From: an uncultured virus (IMG/VR IMGVR_UViG_2925643758_000002)
Lineage: Duplodnaviria; Heunggongvirae; Uroviricota; Caudoviricetes
Length of the DNA stretch: 64,000 nt
Virus record (IMG/VR): IMGVR_UViG_2925643758_000002
Direction: 5' to 3' (one strand)
Shown: positions 37,653-47,470 of the stretch, piece by piece
Layout: each line of letters starts with the position of its first letter
Position numbering within the stretch: the stretch's first letter is position 1
The notes under the pieces: model-generated
Seen by the model: only the letters and a program-made list of their open reading frames with translations
The model's database searches: none
What the model was told of the DNA's origin: nothing
Translations under genes and position numbers: made by a program

Positions 37653-37894
37653 GGGCGCTCCTCCTTCGGTACGTATTCGACGATCTCATAGCGCTTGCGA
37701 ATCTCCGCCTTTATCGCATCTTGTTCGGCCTTCGGCATATCGTAGAAATTGGGCGTTTGGTAATACGCTTGATCGTTTACTTCCTGTGTTATCACGCCTT
37801 TGGCCGCACCTTCCGATAGATAAGCGACTTTCCTTCCGCTAGAATTCATCCGTTTTCCGTCCTTATAGATAACGTAAATCACATCGTTTGTCAT
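37649..37894 (-). CDS. Hypothetical protein
   Basis: Coupled ORF with RBS. Confidence 0.6.
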   Translation of the reverse strand: MTNDVIYVIYKDGKRMNSSGRKVAYLSEGAAKGVITQEVNDQAYYQTPNFYDMPKAEQDAIKAEIRKRYEIVEYVPKEERP

Positions 37895-38697
37895 AGGCCG
37901 GCCCTCCTTAGCGCCACAAATGCTTCCGCCATCGCCTTCGCGCTTGATTCCGTTTCCTTTCCGACTTCTGCGGCCAACCGCGCTAACTCTTCGCCGAGCG
38001 TCCGTTTATCTTTATACAGCGTGTCGATTTCGTCTCTATGGCGATCGACCGTTCGTTTTAAAGACGCTACCTCTTGCGCTAAACTGGCGATAACGTCGAT
38101 TGGGTCGGCTGGCTGCGGTTCGTCTTCGGCAGATTCGACCGGGACGAGGACGCGATACTCACCGTGGGCGATGACTCGACCGCACACCGTACTGATAGCG
38201 TTAGAAAGCTTAAGCGATTTTCTCACCTCGAAAATATTTCCGTTATCATAAGGCTCTTCTCTGCGTACGTCAGCATCTACAACAATAACCTTCTCGCCTA
38301 CTTTTGCCTTCCGATCGACCATTTCACAGCGCTCGCCGTCAATGTGCACGATGTTGGTCGGTTCGAGTACGTGATATTCAAAATCGAAGATATCTCGATG
38401 ACACGACGTCTGTATGCCCCTACTGCAACTGAGTAAACTTTCCACCTCAAATAAATATCCGTTATTATACGGGTCTTCACATTGAACGTCTGCGTTTACG
38501 ATGACGATCTTCTCGCCGACCTCCGCCTTCCGATCGACCTCTACGTATTCGCGCTTGATGCCGCCAAGTGTTTCGTCAGCCAGTACGTGGATTTTAGCGT
38601 TTGCGTTTACGATATTCGCCATATTATCGATATTCCTCCTTAATATTCGAACATATTCTGATTTAGCTCTTTCCGCCTCAGCGCTGAACCAACTCAT
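37891..38697 (-). CDS. Hypothetical protein with internal repeat
   Basis: Duplicated VDRKA.VGEK...V.ADV....PY.NG..FEV unit; start MSWF. Confidence 0.65.
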   Translation of the reverse strand: MSWFSAEAERAKSEYVRILRRNIDNMANIVNANAKIHVLADETLGGIKREYVEVDRKAEVGEKIVIVNADVQCEDPYNNGYLFEVESLLSCSRGIQTSCHRDIFDFEYHVLEPTNIVHIDGERCEMVDRKAKVGEKVIVVDADVRREEPYDNGNIFEVRKSLKLSNAISTVCGRVIAHGEYRVLVPVESAEDEPQPADPIDVIASLAQEVASLKRTVDRHRDEIDTLYKDKRTLGEELARLAAEVGKETESSAKAMAEAFVALRRAGL

Positions 38698-38701
38698 CCG
38701 A

Positions 38702-38878
38702 TCACTTCCTCCGTACGTATTTCGCAAATACTTGGCGTGATGATTTCGTCGAGAAGTTGGGCAACGTAAGTCCAGCTCCCGCAAGGTCGTCAAGTTCTCG
38801 CTTCTCGCGCTTAGTCGGGTATTCGTCTAAGAAACGTTCTGTAAGCGCGATTATATCTTTTCGTGTTATATCCGCCAC
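38702..38878 (-). CDS. 58-aa hypothetical protein
   Basis: GGGAGG RBS and GTG start; fills an operon gap. Confidence 0.5.
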   Translation of the reverse strand: MADITRKDIIALTERFLDEYPTKREKRELDDLAGAGLTLPNFSTKSSRQVFAKYVRRK

Positions 38879-38893
38879 TACACGGCCCTCCCG

Positions 38894-39460
38894 TTAATTT
38901 ATTACGCGAACCTGCACCGACTGCCGCCCGAACTGTACCGCGCCGGCTTCTTCCGTAACTAACACGTCAATCTTGGCGCCCTTAATCGCGCTCCCAGTAT
39001 CCTGCGCCACGGCTTCAAACGTCGTGCCGTCTGCCTGCCGCACCTCAACCGCCGAGCCTAATGCAATCACTGACGGATCGACCGCAATAATACGTTTGCC
39101 GGCGTGGTAGATCGTATGGCTGACGTCGAGGCCGGTCGCTGTTGTTCCGGTACATCCTTCCGCGCAATAAGCCGTATACGCAGTCGCTTCGAACGTTTGC
39201 CAGCCGGAAGGCTCTGCGTGCTTATGCGGCGATTTTACGTGCTTTTCGTTAGACTGCGCCTTGACTTCGTCTTTTACGGAAGCAAGTTCGGATTGGAGCG
39301 TCTTTATCTTCGCATCCTTGGCCGCCAGTTCAGCGTCCTTGCCATCGATAACGGCTTCCGCCTTTTGCAGCGCGGATTCTTCCTCGGTGATTCGCGGTGG
39401 GTCTGGCGGTGGTGGCTCCGGTGGCTTGGCGGTCGGGTTCGTAAGTAATTGCGTTGACAT
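38894..39460 (-). CDS. 3D-domain cell-wall protein
   Basis: ATAYT, TATG, IAVDPSVI.LGS and DTGSAIKG.KIDV. Confidence 0.88.
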   Translation of the reverse strand: MSTQLLTNPTAKPPEPPPPDPPRITEEESALQKAEAVIDGKDAELAAKDAKIKTLQSELASVKDEVKAQSNEKHVKSPHKHAEPSGWQTFEATAYTAYCAEGCTGTTATGLDVSHTIYHAGKRIIAVDPSVIALGSAVEVRQADGTTFEAVAQDTGSAIKGAKIDVLVTEEAGAVQFGRQSVQVRVIN

Positions 39461-39486
39461 CGCTAGATTCGTTAGTATACCGATGC

Positions 39487-40182
39487 TTACACCTCCGTTC
39501 TTGTTAACTCGTCAATGCTAATCGGAAATTTCGGTTTAACTAACGAGTAAACCGCTTTCGCGTATTCTTGGATTTCGACTTGACTATCGTGTGCCAGACG
39601 TTGATTTAAGAAATGCACAACCGATTGAAGCGATGCCGTCCAGTAATAGCGTACGTACATTCCGTAAGCCGGAAGGAATAGGCGCGCTTGCTCTGCGCAA
39701 ACTCCCGAATTCATAGCACGTTCATACAATCGCTCACCAAACGCAACGTAGTCGATCAAGTCTTGTGTGGCTATTTCGCCTTGTTGTTCCGGCAAACAAT
39801 TACCGCTACCTTGCTTCGAATTCTCCGGTGCTGATCTCCATTCGTCTGCTTGCGGAATATAAAACGTTGGTTCTTCGGTAACATAGCGCCTGCTCGACTC
39901 ATTCCAAGCGTCCATTGTGTGGTCGGAGCCTACGATGTACTTCCAATGCTGCCGCGCAACCATTAACGGCGCGTATACTTCGAACTGAAGCGTTGCATGA
40001 CGGAAAGGTGACGTATGGCCTTCTCGCGCAAGAAATTTAATAAGCCGGATGTCCTTTTCGTCTAGCTCGGTCGATTCCTTGTCGTAGGAAACGCGAGCTG
40101 AGTTGACGACAGAAAGATCGGAGCCCATTACGTTTGTTAATCGGACATATCCGTTGTCGAGTACGTTAATCTTTTCGTTCAT
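39487..40182 (-). CDS. thyX: Flavin-dependent thymidylate synthase
   Basis: ARVSY, GHTSPF, NESSRRY, EQARLFLP and SQVEIQ. Confidence 0.92.
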   Translation of the reverse strand: MNEKINVLDNGYVRLTNVMGSDLSVVNSARVSYDKESTELDEKDIRLIKFLAREGHTSPFRHATLQFEVYAPLMVARQHWKYIVGSDHTMDAWNESSRRYVTEEPTFYIPQADEWRSAPENSKQGSGNCLPEQQGEIATQDLIDYVAFGERLYERAMNSGVCAEQARLFLPAYGMYVRYYWTASLQSVVHFLNQRLAHDSQVEIQEYAKAVYSLVKPKFPISIDELTRTEV

Positions 40183-40403
40183 TGTTTGTCCTCCAATCGT
40201 TTTAATGCTTCGCCGTTTTCGCGAATAGTTTCGTTAATCACTAATCTGCGAGCTTTCTCTTTCGTAGTTATTCGGAATGTACAATCGTCTTCCCCGTACA
40301 TCTCGCAATAAACAACGTAATCGCGGAATAGGTCGTTCATATACTCGATATCGCCGCATCCGTACAACTTACCGTTCAGAAAGCACGCATATATTTGCGT
40401 CAT
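40179..40403 (-). CDS. Hypothetical protein
   Basis: Coupled ORF. Confidence 0.55.
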   Translation of the reverse strand: MTQIYACFLNGKLYGCGDIEYMNDLFRDYVVYCEMYGEDDCTFRITTKEKARRLVINETIRENGEALKRLEDKQ

Positions 40404-41015
40404 CTAAGATTCTTCCTTCGGCAAATCAAATGCTAGTCCGCTGGATTTTAAATGCGTTTCTTCTTCCTTCGTAGTAACCCCGCTACTCCCGAAGCCGCCC
40501 GCACCTCGATCGCTATCTCCAAGCGCATCAACTTCCGTAAATACCGCCTGCTCGACCGGCTTGATTACGGCTTGGGTGATACGATCGCCTTTTCGGATGA
40601 TGTACGTATCGTTCGGATAATATCCGAAATAATCCCACTCGTTCTCTAACGAACCGCTAATGACTTCCGGCGAATCGATCTCAGAGTATTCGATAGATTG
40701 CTGGTTAAGATCGAGACCTAGTACTTTTTTCTGCGCAATATTATCGACAATCACTCCGACTTCTCCCGTATACCCGCAATCTACAGTGCCGAACTGCACG
40801 CGTAGTTTAGTCTTCAGCGTTATACCGGATCGCGGTCGGATCTGCATTTCGTACCCCTCCGGAATCTCGAACGCCAAGCCCGTCGGCACACACGCAGTTT
40901 CGCCCGGTTCGATAATAACGTCCTCTGACGCCACTAAATCGAAGCCGGCGTCCGTTGCGTGCGCATAAGCCGGAATCTGTGCGTCCGGTGATAACCGCTT
41001 AATGTTTACGTTCAT
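40404..41015 (-). CDS. dut: Trimeric dUTPase with internal insertion
   Basis: AGFDL, RPRSG, GTVDCGYTGE, GDRITQ and RGAGGFGSSG; start MNVNIK. Confidence 0.92.
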   Translation of the reverse strand: MNVNIKRLSPDAQIPAYAHATDAGFDLVASEDVIIEPGETACVPTGLAFEIPEGYEMQIRPRSGITLKTKLRVQFGTVDCGYTGEVGVIVDNIAQKKVLGLDLNQQSIEYSEIDSPEVISGSLENEWDYFGYYPNDTYIIRKGDRITQAVIKPVEQAVFTEVDALGDSDRGAGGFGSSGVTTKEEETHLKSSGLAFDLPKEES

Positions 41016-41158
41016 TTCGTTTCCTCCTTCGTTAATATCGCAATCAAGGCGAACACGGCCACTATCGAAAACCACCGGAATCCTATCGTATGGATGTACG
41101 GCAGAACGAAAAGCAGTCCGGCGATGATCGTTGCCGTGGCGCTGATAAATCGTTTCAT
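41012..41158 (-). CDS. 48-aa membrane protein
   Basis: GAGGAGG RBS; two hydrophobic stretches; stop overlaps the dut start. Confidence 0.55.
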   Translation of the reverse strand: MKRFISATATIIAGLLFVLPYIHTIGFRWFSIVAVFALIAILTKEETK

Positions 41159-41237
41159 AGGCGATGACCTCCTCGGCATGCGTACTTTTGCGACATCCTA
41201 TGTGAAATAATATGCACCTAGTAGAAAAACCGCGCAA

Positions 41238-42236
41238 TTATCCCTCGAAATAAAAATCCGAATCCTTTAGCGCTTCGACCGTCGCCTTCTTATAGCCGTT
41301 TCCTTTTTGAGAGAAGAAGTCGTGCGATTTCGTCTTCGTATTCAGTCCGTTCATGACGATAGGGTTCGGCCTTTCCTCTTCGAAATACGGATCGAAGCCG
41401 AGGTTTTGTAGCGCCTTATTCGCGTTGTAACGAAGGAATCGTTTTACATCGTGTGTTAAGCCGACCGCATCGTATAGATCCTCGGTATATGCGACCTCAT
41501 TATCGTACAATTCCGTCAGCAGCTCGACGGCAAAGTCGCGCATCTCAAGCTGGACGCCCGGCTCTTGCTTTCCGTAAATCTCTTGCGCCAAGAAGCCGAC
41601 GTACACGCCATGGATCGCCTCATCGCGAATGATAAGGTTAATGATCTCGCCGCTGCTCGTTAGCTTGCCTTGGCCGGCGAAATATAACGGATAATAAAAG
41701 CCGGAATAAAACAGGAAGCTTTCGAGGTAAACCGAAGCCACAAGCGCCTTATATAGCGAAAGGACATCGCCTTCTTTTATGTCGCGATATAGGCCGGTTA
41801 TCAACGCCGCCTTCCGCTGCAAATACGGATTGACCTTAACCCACTCGAATACTTCGTTGATCGTCTCCGTCGGTGCCAGCGTCATGAATATATTCGAATA
41901 GGACTTCGCATGGACAGCGTTCTCCATCATCGCCATGAAATTAAGGACGGCTTTACGTTGGTGGCCGGCGACGTGCTGCGCGATGATAGGCATTCCGGTA
42001 TTTCCCTGCTCCGTGTCCAAGAGCGTCAGGCCGGCAAGGCCCCGCATGTACGTCGTCTGCTCGGCCGGGCTCAGCGCCTTCCACGAAAGGAGATCGCCAT
42101 TAAGCGAAATCTCTTCCGGAAGCCAGAACTGCTTAACGTTCTGCGCGTAGAACATTTGCGTGAAGTCGTCTTCGTGGCGCGACCAGTCGGCCGCCGTATG
42201 GATTGCGTTTTCATTTGTCAAGTATTCGTCCTCCAT
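41238..42236 (-). CDS. nrdF: Class Ib ribonucleotide reductase beta subunit
   Basis: [24 protein letters not shown] and HDFFS. Confidence 0.95.
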   Translation of the reverse strand: MEDEYLTNENAIHTAADWSRHEDDFTQMFYAQNVKQFWLPEEISLNGDLLSWKALSPAEQTTYMRGLAGLTLLDTEQGNTGMPIIAQHVAGHQRKAVLNFMAMMENAVHAKSYSNIFMTLAPTETINEVFEWVKVNPYLQRKAALITGLYRDIKEGDVLSLYKALVASVYLESFLFYSGFYYPLYFAGQGKLTSSGEIINLIIRDEAIHGVYVGFLAQEIYGKQEPGVQLEMRDFAVELLTELYDNEVAYTEDLYDAVGLTHDVKRFLRYNANKALQNLGFDPYFEEERPNPIVMNGLNTKTKSHDFFSQKGNGYKKATVEALKDSDFYFEG

Positions 42237-42320
42237 TTCGCAATTTTTTAAGCTACCGCTCTCTTGACATATAGAAGCTATAGTTTATAATTTCAAAGTT
42301 AGAGAAGGGAGTATCTGTTT

Positions 42321-42503
42321 ATGAAAAAAGAGCGCATAATAGCCGTAACTAAAAACCAGGCATTTCCACCATTTTCCCCTGTAATAGTACACACTAGTGG
42401 TAAGAATAAGGGAAAGATGGAAGATGTATCTATAGATGATTTATCCTTTGCTGAGAAACAGAAGTTTGATAGTTTGGTTAAAAAAATAATAAAGAAATAC
42501 TAG
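42321..42503 (+). CDS. 60-aa basic moron protein
   Basis: TTGACA-16-TATAAT (42264-42291), RBS, terminator at 42503-42527; AT-rich. Confidence 0.7.
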   Translation: MKKERIIAVTKNQAFPPFSPVIVHTSGKNKGKMEDVSIDDLSFAEKQKFDSLVKKIIKKY

Positions 42504-42531
42504 AGACGATAATTCGTCTCTTTTTTCTCAG

Positions 42532-44655
42532 CTAAACCGCACAGGACAAACAACCTTCCTGCCCGGTATCCTTCGTCCGCGCATAATACAGCGTTTTAAT
42601 CCCCTTATGATGAGCGTATAAGTCAATCCGGTTCAGATCGCGCGTCGTCATCGTATCCTTCAAAAACAACGTAAACGAAATGCCTTGGTCGACGTGTTGC
42701 TGAATCGTTGCGATCATATCGACGACTTTAAACATATCCATGTCGTACGCTTCCTTGTAGAAGAACCAGTTCTGCGGCGATAGCCCCGGCATAGGATAAT
42801 ACGTCTTCGAATTGCCGTACGTACGCTCCTCGATGCGCTCCATAATCGGCATGACCGACGCCGTTGCCGATTGCACATACGAAATTGAGCCCGTCGGCGC
42901 GATCGCAAGTCTGTACGAATGGTATAGGCCGTACTCACAAACGTCCAATTCGAGGTGATGCCAGGCGAGACCGTCCGGAATCCATATGTCTTTAAATAAC
43001 GCTTTTACTTTCTCCGTCTTTGGAAAACAATCGAGGCCTTCTCCGTTCTGCTCGTCAACATACGCATATTTAAAGAAGTACTCTCCGCTAGCATACGTTG
43101 ATTCCTCGAAGCCTTCGTAGGTACTGCCGGTTTCTTTCGCAAGCTCCATCGATCTCACAAGCGACCAATAATTCACCAGCGCGAAGAATACGTTAGCGAA
43201 ATCGCGCGCCTCCTCCGATTCATAAGCGATACCGTTCTGCGCTAGGTAGCCGTGCAGATTCATCGCGCCCAACCCAATCGAACGCATCTCACGATTAGCT
43301 CGCGCAACAGCCGGCGCGTTCTTGATATTCGAAGTTTCCGAGACTCGCGTGAGAGCATCAACGGATAGCTTCACGATTGTTTCGAAGTCGCCGTTTTTCA
43401 TTACGTTTGCAACGTTGAGCGATCCGAGATTACACGAAATATCAAGGCCGATTTCGTCCGGTTCGCCATAGTCGGTGTATTCCGATACTTGCGACGCTTG
43501 AAGGACCTCCGAGCACAAATTCGAAAACTTCACCTTCGATGTGTGGCTGTTCGCATGCTCCGCGTTTACGTTGCCTTCGAACATGATATACGGATAGCCC
43601 GATTCGGAACGCAACACAGCGAGCTTTTCGAGTAGCTTCCGCGGATTAATCTTTTCCTTACGCACGGCCGGATTATCGACGAGCTTATCGTACATCTGAC
43701 CGATATCCATTTCGTCTAGGTGCGTTCCATACGCCTTATACACGGTGTGCGGATAGAAAACGTAAGCTGGCCGATCTTCTCGCGCCAGTTCGATGAATTT
43801 ATCCGGAATGACAACGCCGATGGATAACGTTTTGACGCGGACGTCTTCATCGGCCGAGATTTTCTTCGTATCAAGGAAGTCGTTAATGTCCGCATGGAAT
43901 ACGTTGAGATAAGCCGCGCCCGACCCTTGCCGCTGACCCATCTGATCTGCGTAACGGAACGCATTATCGAGCAGCTTCATAACGCCGACTACGCCCTTCG
44001 TCGCGTTCTCTACGTCTTTGATCGCCTCGCCTTTCGCCCGAAGCTTCGATAAATTAAGCGACACGCCGCCGCCAAGCTTCGAAAGCTGCATCGAAATATC
44101 AATTGCGCGACTAATATCGTTAAGGGAATCGTTAACCTCGAGCAGGAAGCAGGAAACGAGCTCGCCCCGACGCTTCCGGCCCGCATTCAAGAACGTCGGC
44201 GTTGACGGTTGGTATTCTTGCCGCATCATCAAATCTACGTACTCGATCGCCTTGGCTGCGTCTCCTCCCGCGAAGAATAACGCGACAACAGAAACGCGGT
44301 CTTCGTATCGTTCAAGGATCTTTTTGCCGTCGTTCGTCTTCATCGCATAGTCGTTATAGAATTTGAACGCGCTCATGAACGAAGGGAATCGGAACTTGTG
44401 CGCATAGGCCGCCTGATAGACCGCCTTGATTTCATCGAACGTATAGGCGTCGAGGAATTCGGTTTCGTAGTAATCGTTATCGCGCAGATAGTCGAGCTTT
44501 TCGCGAAGGTCGTGGAAAAATACGGTGTTTTGATTTACGTAGTCGATAAAATAAGCGCGGACGGCTTCGAGATCCTTTTCGAATTGGAACCGGCCGTCCT
44601 TCTGTAGCATAATTTCGTTATTAAGTTCGATATAGCTTGCGTGTTTATTCGTCAT
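42532..44655 (-). CDS. nrdE: Class Ib ribonucleotide reductase alpha subunit
   Basis: PSTPTFLNAG, SCFL, SNLCSE, CNLGS, APTGSIS and C-terminal CLSC. Confidence 0.95.
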   Translation of the reverse strand: MTNKHASYIELNNEIMLQKDGRFQFEKDLEAVRAYFIDYVNQNTVFFHDLREKLDYLRDNDYYETEFLDAYTFDEIKAVYQAAYAHKFRFPSFMSAFKFYNDYAMKTNDGKKILERYEDRVSVVALFFAGGDAAKAIEYVDLMMRQEYQPSTPTFLNAGRKRRGELVSCFLLEVNDSLNDISRAIDISMQLSKLGGGVSLNLSKLRAKGEAIKDVENATKGVVGVMKLLDNAFRYADQMGQRQGSGAAYLNVFHADINDFLDTKKISADEDVRVKTLSIGVVIPDKFIELAREDRPAYVFYPHTVYKAYGTHLDEMDIGQMYDKLVDNPAVRKEKINPRKLLEKLAVLRSESGYPYIMFEGNVNAEHANSHTSKVKFSNLCSEVLQASQVSEYTDYGEPDEIGLDISCNLGSLNVANVMKNGDFETIVKLSVDALTRVSETSNIKNAPAVARANREMRSIGLGAMNLHGYLAQNGIAYESEEARDFANVFFALVNYWSLVRSMELAKETGSTYEGFEESTYASGEYFFKYAYVDEQNGEGLDCFPKTEKVKALFKDIWIPDGLAWHHLELDVCEYGLYHSYRLAIAPTGSISYVQSATASVMPIMERIEERTYGNSKTYYPMPGLSPQNWFFYKEAYDMDMFKVVDMIATIQQHVDQGISFTLFLKDTMTTRDLNRIDLYAHHKGIKTLYYARTKDTGQEGCLSCAV

Positions 44656-45176
44656 GCGGCGCCTCCTCTGTATTTTAATACGTTGTTCATTCTTGGCGAT
44701 AAAAAGCAACAAGTTTCTTTAGAATAGATCTTCCCCTCAACAGATAGGAGATCCTTATCAAGTTGAATTTCACCACGTTTAAATTTATCGAAGTCCCACC
44801 CAGGTAAGTTAGGTACATCTTTCAAAAACTTCTCAAAGGAAAACCACTCTTTACATACTGTGACTCCCGCACCTCCATAACGAAGATAGTCCTTTCTTCT
44901 AGGGTCGTAACATCTTCGGAGGATTCCTCTCCAAACATGGTAGATCTTTTCGTTCCCTTTGTAACTTGCTAATCCTAAAAACCCAACACCAGCTACATTT
45001 TTGTCGTAAGGATACTTAACCTTCCCATTCTTTATATTATGGGAGTACGCGCTCCTTCTAATTCCGCAAGGAAACTCTATAACGTAAACTGTTTTATTCC
45101 TCTTATCCTGACCAAAGCCTACTATTCTATAGGGCGTTCCATGTCTTGTCTCGAAACTGTCTCCGATCTTATACAC
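44652..45176 (-). CDS. Free-standing HNH-like homing endonuclease
   Basis: W..IL.RCY......YGG.GV.VC.EW..F..F...LDKD..YS..TC; AT-rich; between nrdI and nrdE. Confidence 0.72.
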   Translation of the reverse strand: MYKIGDSFETRHGTPYRIVGFGQDKRNKTVYVIEFPCGIRRSAYSHNIKNGKVKYPYDKNVAGVGFLGLASYKGNEKIYHVWRGILRRCYDPRRKDYLRYGGAGVTVCKEWFSFEKFLKDVPNLPGWDFDKFKRGEIQLDKDLLSVEGKIYSKETCCFLSPRMNNVLKYRGGAA

Positions 45177-45520
45177 GACCTCACCTCCTGTTTAAAAAAC
45201 TGTACGTCTGAGTCCGTTCCAGCTAATTCGAACTTACACAGAATAGGGACTCCGAATTCCTTACTAATCAAATCCGCAGCCTTTGCGTAATTATCCGCCC
45301 ATATACGATTACCCGACGCAGCCACGCCCGCAAGATAGTCGCTGTTATCCGCAAGGAAGTCCGAAACCGTGCCGGCAACCTGACCGAAGCCATACGTACC
45401 AGTCACGCATACGAACGGCTCGGCGAGCATCAGCCCCGGCTTAATTTCGACAGCGGCCAGACCGGTCTTAGCGATGAATCGGCGGACGTTGCCTGTCAGC
45501 GAATAGTAAGCGATCAGCAT
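45122..45520 (-). CDS. nrdI: Flavodoxin NrdI
   Basis: YYSLTGNVRRF, TYGFG, GVAASGNR.W and KFELAG. Confidence 0.92.
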   Translation of the reverse strand: MLIAYYSLTGNVRRFIAKTGLAAVEIKPGLMLAEPFVCVTGTYGFGQVAGTVSDFLADNSDYLAGVAASGNRIWADNYAKAADLISKEFGVPILCKFELAGTDSDVQFFKQEVRSCIRSETVSRQDMERPIE

Positions 45521-45707
45521 TCGGAATCCTCTTCGTCTTCAAGCGAGTCAAGTTCGTCCTCAATATCGGCGATTTGTTCTTCGATATCGTCAATATCGTT
45601 CTGAACGTCCTGCAGCTCCTCACGTAAGTCTTCGAGATCACTTTCCCTCGACCGTAGTTCGACTTCCAACGCTGATAGCGCATTTTCTAGCTCTTCGTGT
45701 TTATGCA
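45514..45707 (-). CDS. Acidic coiled-coil protein
   Basis: Heptad repeats. Confidence 0.55.
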
Positions 45708-45712
45708 TACGC

Positions 45713-45898
45713 TCACCCCTTCCGTCTCTCAATTTCCGCCTCCACTTCGTCCATCCGCGCCTGCGTCCGTTCCCGCTCGATTCGTTCTTCGATCAGTTTC
45801 CGGTCGTGGAAGCTGATGGCGGTAGCACTTTCGATCAGTTTTTCGTTAAGCCAACGTCTCATATTCCGCAAATCTTCGTCAGTTGCTCCGTGAATCAT
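45713..45898 (-). CDS. Hypothetical protein
   Basis: Coupled ORF. Confidence 0.55.
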   Translation of the reverse strand: MIHGATDEDLRNMRRWLNEKLIESATAISFHDRKLIEERIERERTQARMDEVEAEIERRKG

Positions 45899-46149
45899 TC
45901 GGCCGTTCCCTCCGTTTCGCGCTCGCGTTTATATGCGCGGTACGGTTCGACGATCAGCCATAAGATAAACCGGACGATTCCGTAAAGCCCGACGAGAAGC
46001 AGTCCGAATACGGAGACTACTATAACCAACGTCCTCACCACCGGAAACCCCGCAGACCAAATCATTAAGCAAACGGGCACAAGATACGCTATACCTGAAC
46101 ATATCCACGAGATCGTTTCGATTAATCTCCGCTTAAACATTCGCATCAC
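45895..46149 (-). CDS. Membrane protein
   Basis: Two TM segments. Confidence 0.6.
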   Translation of the reverse strand: MMRMFKRRLIETISWICSGIAYLVPVCLMIWSAGFPVVRTLVIVVSVFGLLLVGLYGIVRFILWLIVEPYRAYKRERETEGTAE

Positions 46150-46655
46150 TCCAAGTCGATTTTATATTCGGTCGTAATCGTATCTTCCGGGAGGTAAAAC
46201 TCGTATGCCTCGAATCCAGTACTCTTACCGTAAAAGAATCGCGCGAATGCCGATTTAAATTGCACATCGTAAGTTAAAACATAAGGCTTCGCGTATTTCC
46301 CTTCCTTCATCTTCGAATCCTCAACTGCGGCTTTGCTAACCGTTTTAAATCCGTCTTTCTCCTTTACGAAATATAAATACTGCTTTTCGCCAACGTCTCC
46401 GGAACCAAGTACGAAGCTTCCGCTTGTTTTAGCGTTGTCTTTAATCGAGTAGATTTCCGCTTTATGTGGATCGACTGTTTTCGTTTCGATAAAAAACGAT
46501 GGTACAGCCGCAATTAAAAACACACCCACACCACAAAGGATTCCTATAAAAATCCCGCCTAGGACATCGAAAAAGTCAATAAAGTACCACGAATCCTTAA
46601 TTGCTAGGATTGCGACAACAACGGTAACAAGTAATGACAGGATAATGATTCCCAT
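46146..46655 (-). CDS. Membrane protein
   Basis: Two N-terminal TM segments; SGSFVLGSG motif. Confidence 0.65.
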   Translation of the reverse strand: MGIIILSLLVTVVVAILAIKDSWYFIDFFDVLGGIFIGILCGVGVFLIAAVPSFFIETKTVDPHKAEIYSIKDNAKTSGSFVLGSGDVGEKQYLYFVKEKDGFKTVSKAAVEDSKMKEGKYAKPYVLTYDVQFKSAFARFFYGKSTGFEAYEFYLPEDTITTEYKIDLE

Positions 46656-47021
46656 CTATTCCGCCTCCTTTACCGTCATTATGTTTTCGTAGCTCGACAT
46701 AAATGGAATCCGGAAGCCGACCGTCTTGAATTCGTACGTCTTACCGATTTCGATCTCCGCGTACAGATCGCTGGAATTAAACTTCCGCGCGAACAAAGCG
46801 TCGGTATTTTCGAACACTTTCGCGTTACCTTTCTCGTCATCTCCGAAAATCAGATACTTCGAGGAATCGTCAGACGTTTTCGTTTCTTTATCCGTTACCT
46901 TTATTACGTAAGTGTTTTCGTTATGGTAAGACGCAATCGTATACGCCGGCGCTGCTACCACGAAAGAAAACACAGCCAGCGCAATCATTGCGATCGTCCC
47001 CCACTTTATTACGTGGTCCAT
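46656..47021 (-). CDS. Membrane-anchored protein (DUF1523-like)
   Basis: N-terminal TM; VFENTD...KFNSSD and GFRIPFMS.Y.NI. Confidence 0.65.
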   Translation of the reverse strand: MDHVIKWGTIAMIALAVFSFVVAAPAYTIASYHNENTYVIKVTDKETKTSDDSSKYLIFGDDEKGNAKVFENTDALFARKFNSSDLYAEIEIGKTYEFKTVGFRIPFMSSYENIMTVKEAE

Positions 47022-47272
47022 TATTTCGCCTCCCTTACGGACTCAACCGCCTTCTGCGCAGCCAATCCATTGAGTACATGCGTAAATTCCAGCGCATTCT
47101 TTTGTTCTCCTGTAAATTCGTTGAACATAAAGAGAAGCGCCATATTTGCGGCAGTAAAGAATTCCGTCAAGTCTACGTCTTCCAATTCCGCAATAAAGTG
47201 TTCGGATTCTTCGTTAAAGACCTCGGAAATCGCTCCGAAAATACCTTGCGTGTATTGTTCGTATTTGCCCAT
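47021..47272 (-). CDS. Hypothetical protein
   Basis: Coupled ORF. Confidence 0.6.
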   Translation of the reverse strand: MGKYEQYTQGIFGAISEVFNEESEHFIAELEDVDLTEFFTAANMALLFMFNEFTGEQKNALEFTHVLNGLAAQKAVESVREAK

Positions 47273-47470
47273 TTATTCGTCCTCCCCGATAGTCGCGTTA
47301 TCATCAATTCGATAGACGGTTTTAGTGACGTAAAAGATCGAATAGCCTTCGTGCCTAAGTGAGTTAACAAGGCTCTCCGCATCGATTTCGGAGCCGCAGC
47401 GAAGAACTTTAGCATCCGCATAACTAAACCCCTCCGTTTTCCCTGCGATTAAAAAATATTCTTGATCCAT
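47273..47470 (-). CDS. Hypothetical protein
   Basis: Coupled ORF with RBS. Confidence 0.55.
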   Translation of the reverse strand: MDQEYFLIAGKTEGFSYADAKVLRCGSEIDAESLVNSLRHEGYSIFYVTKTVYRIDDNATIGEDE

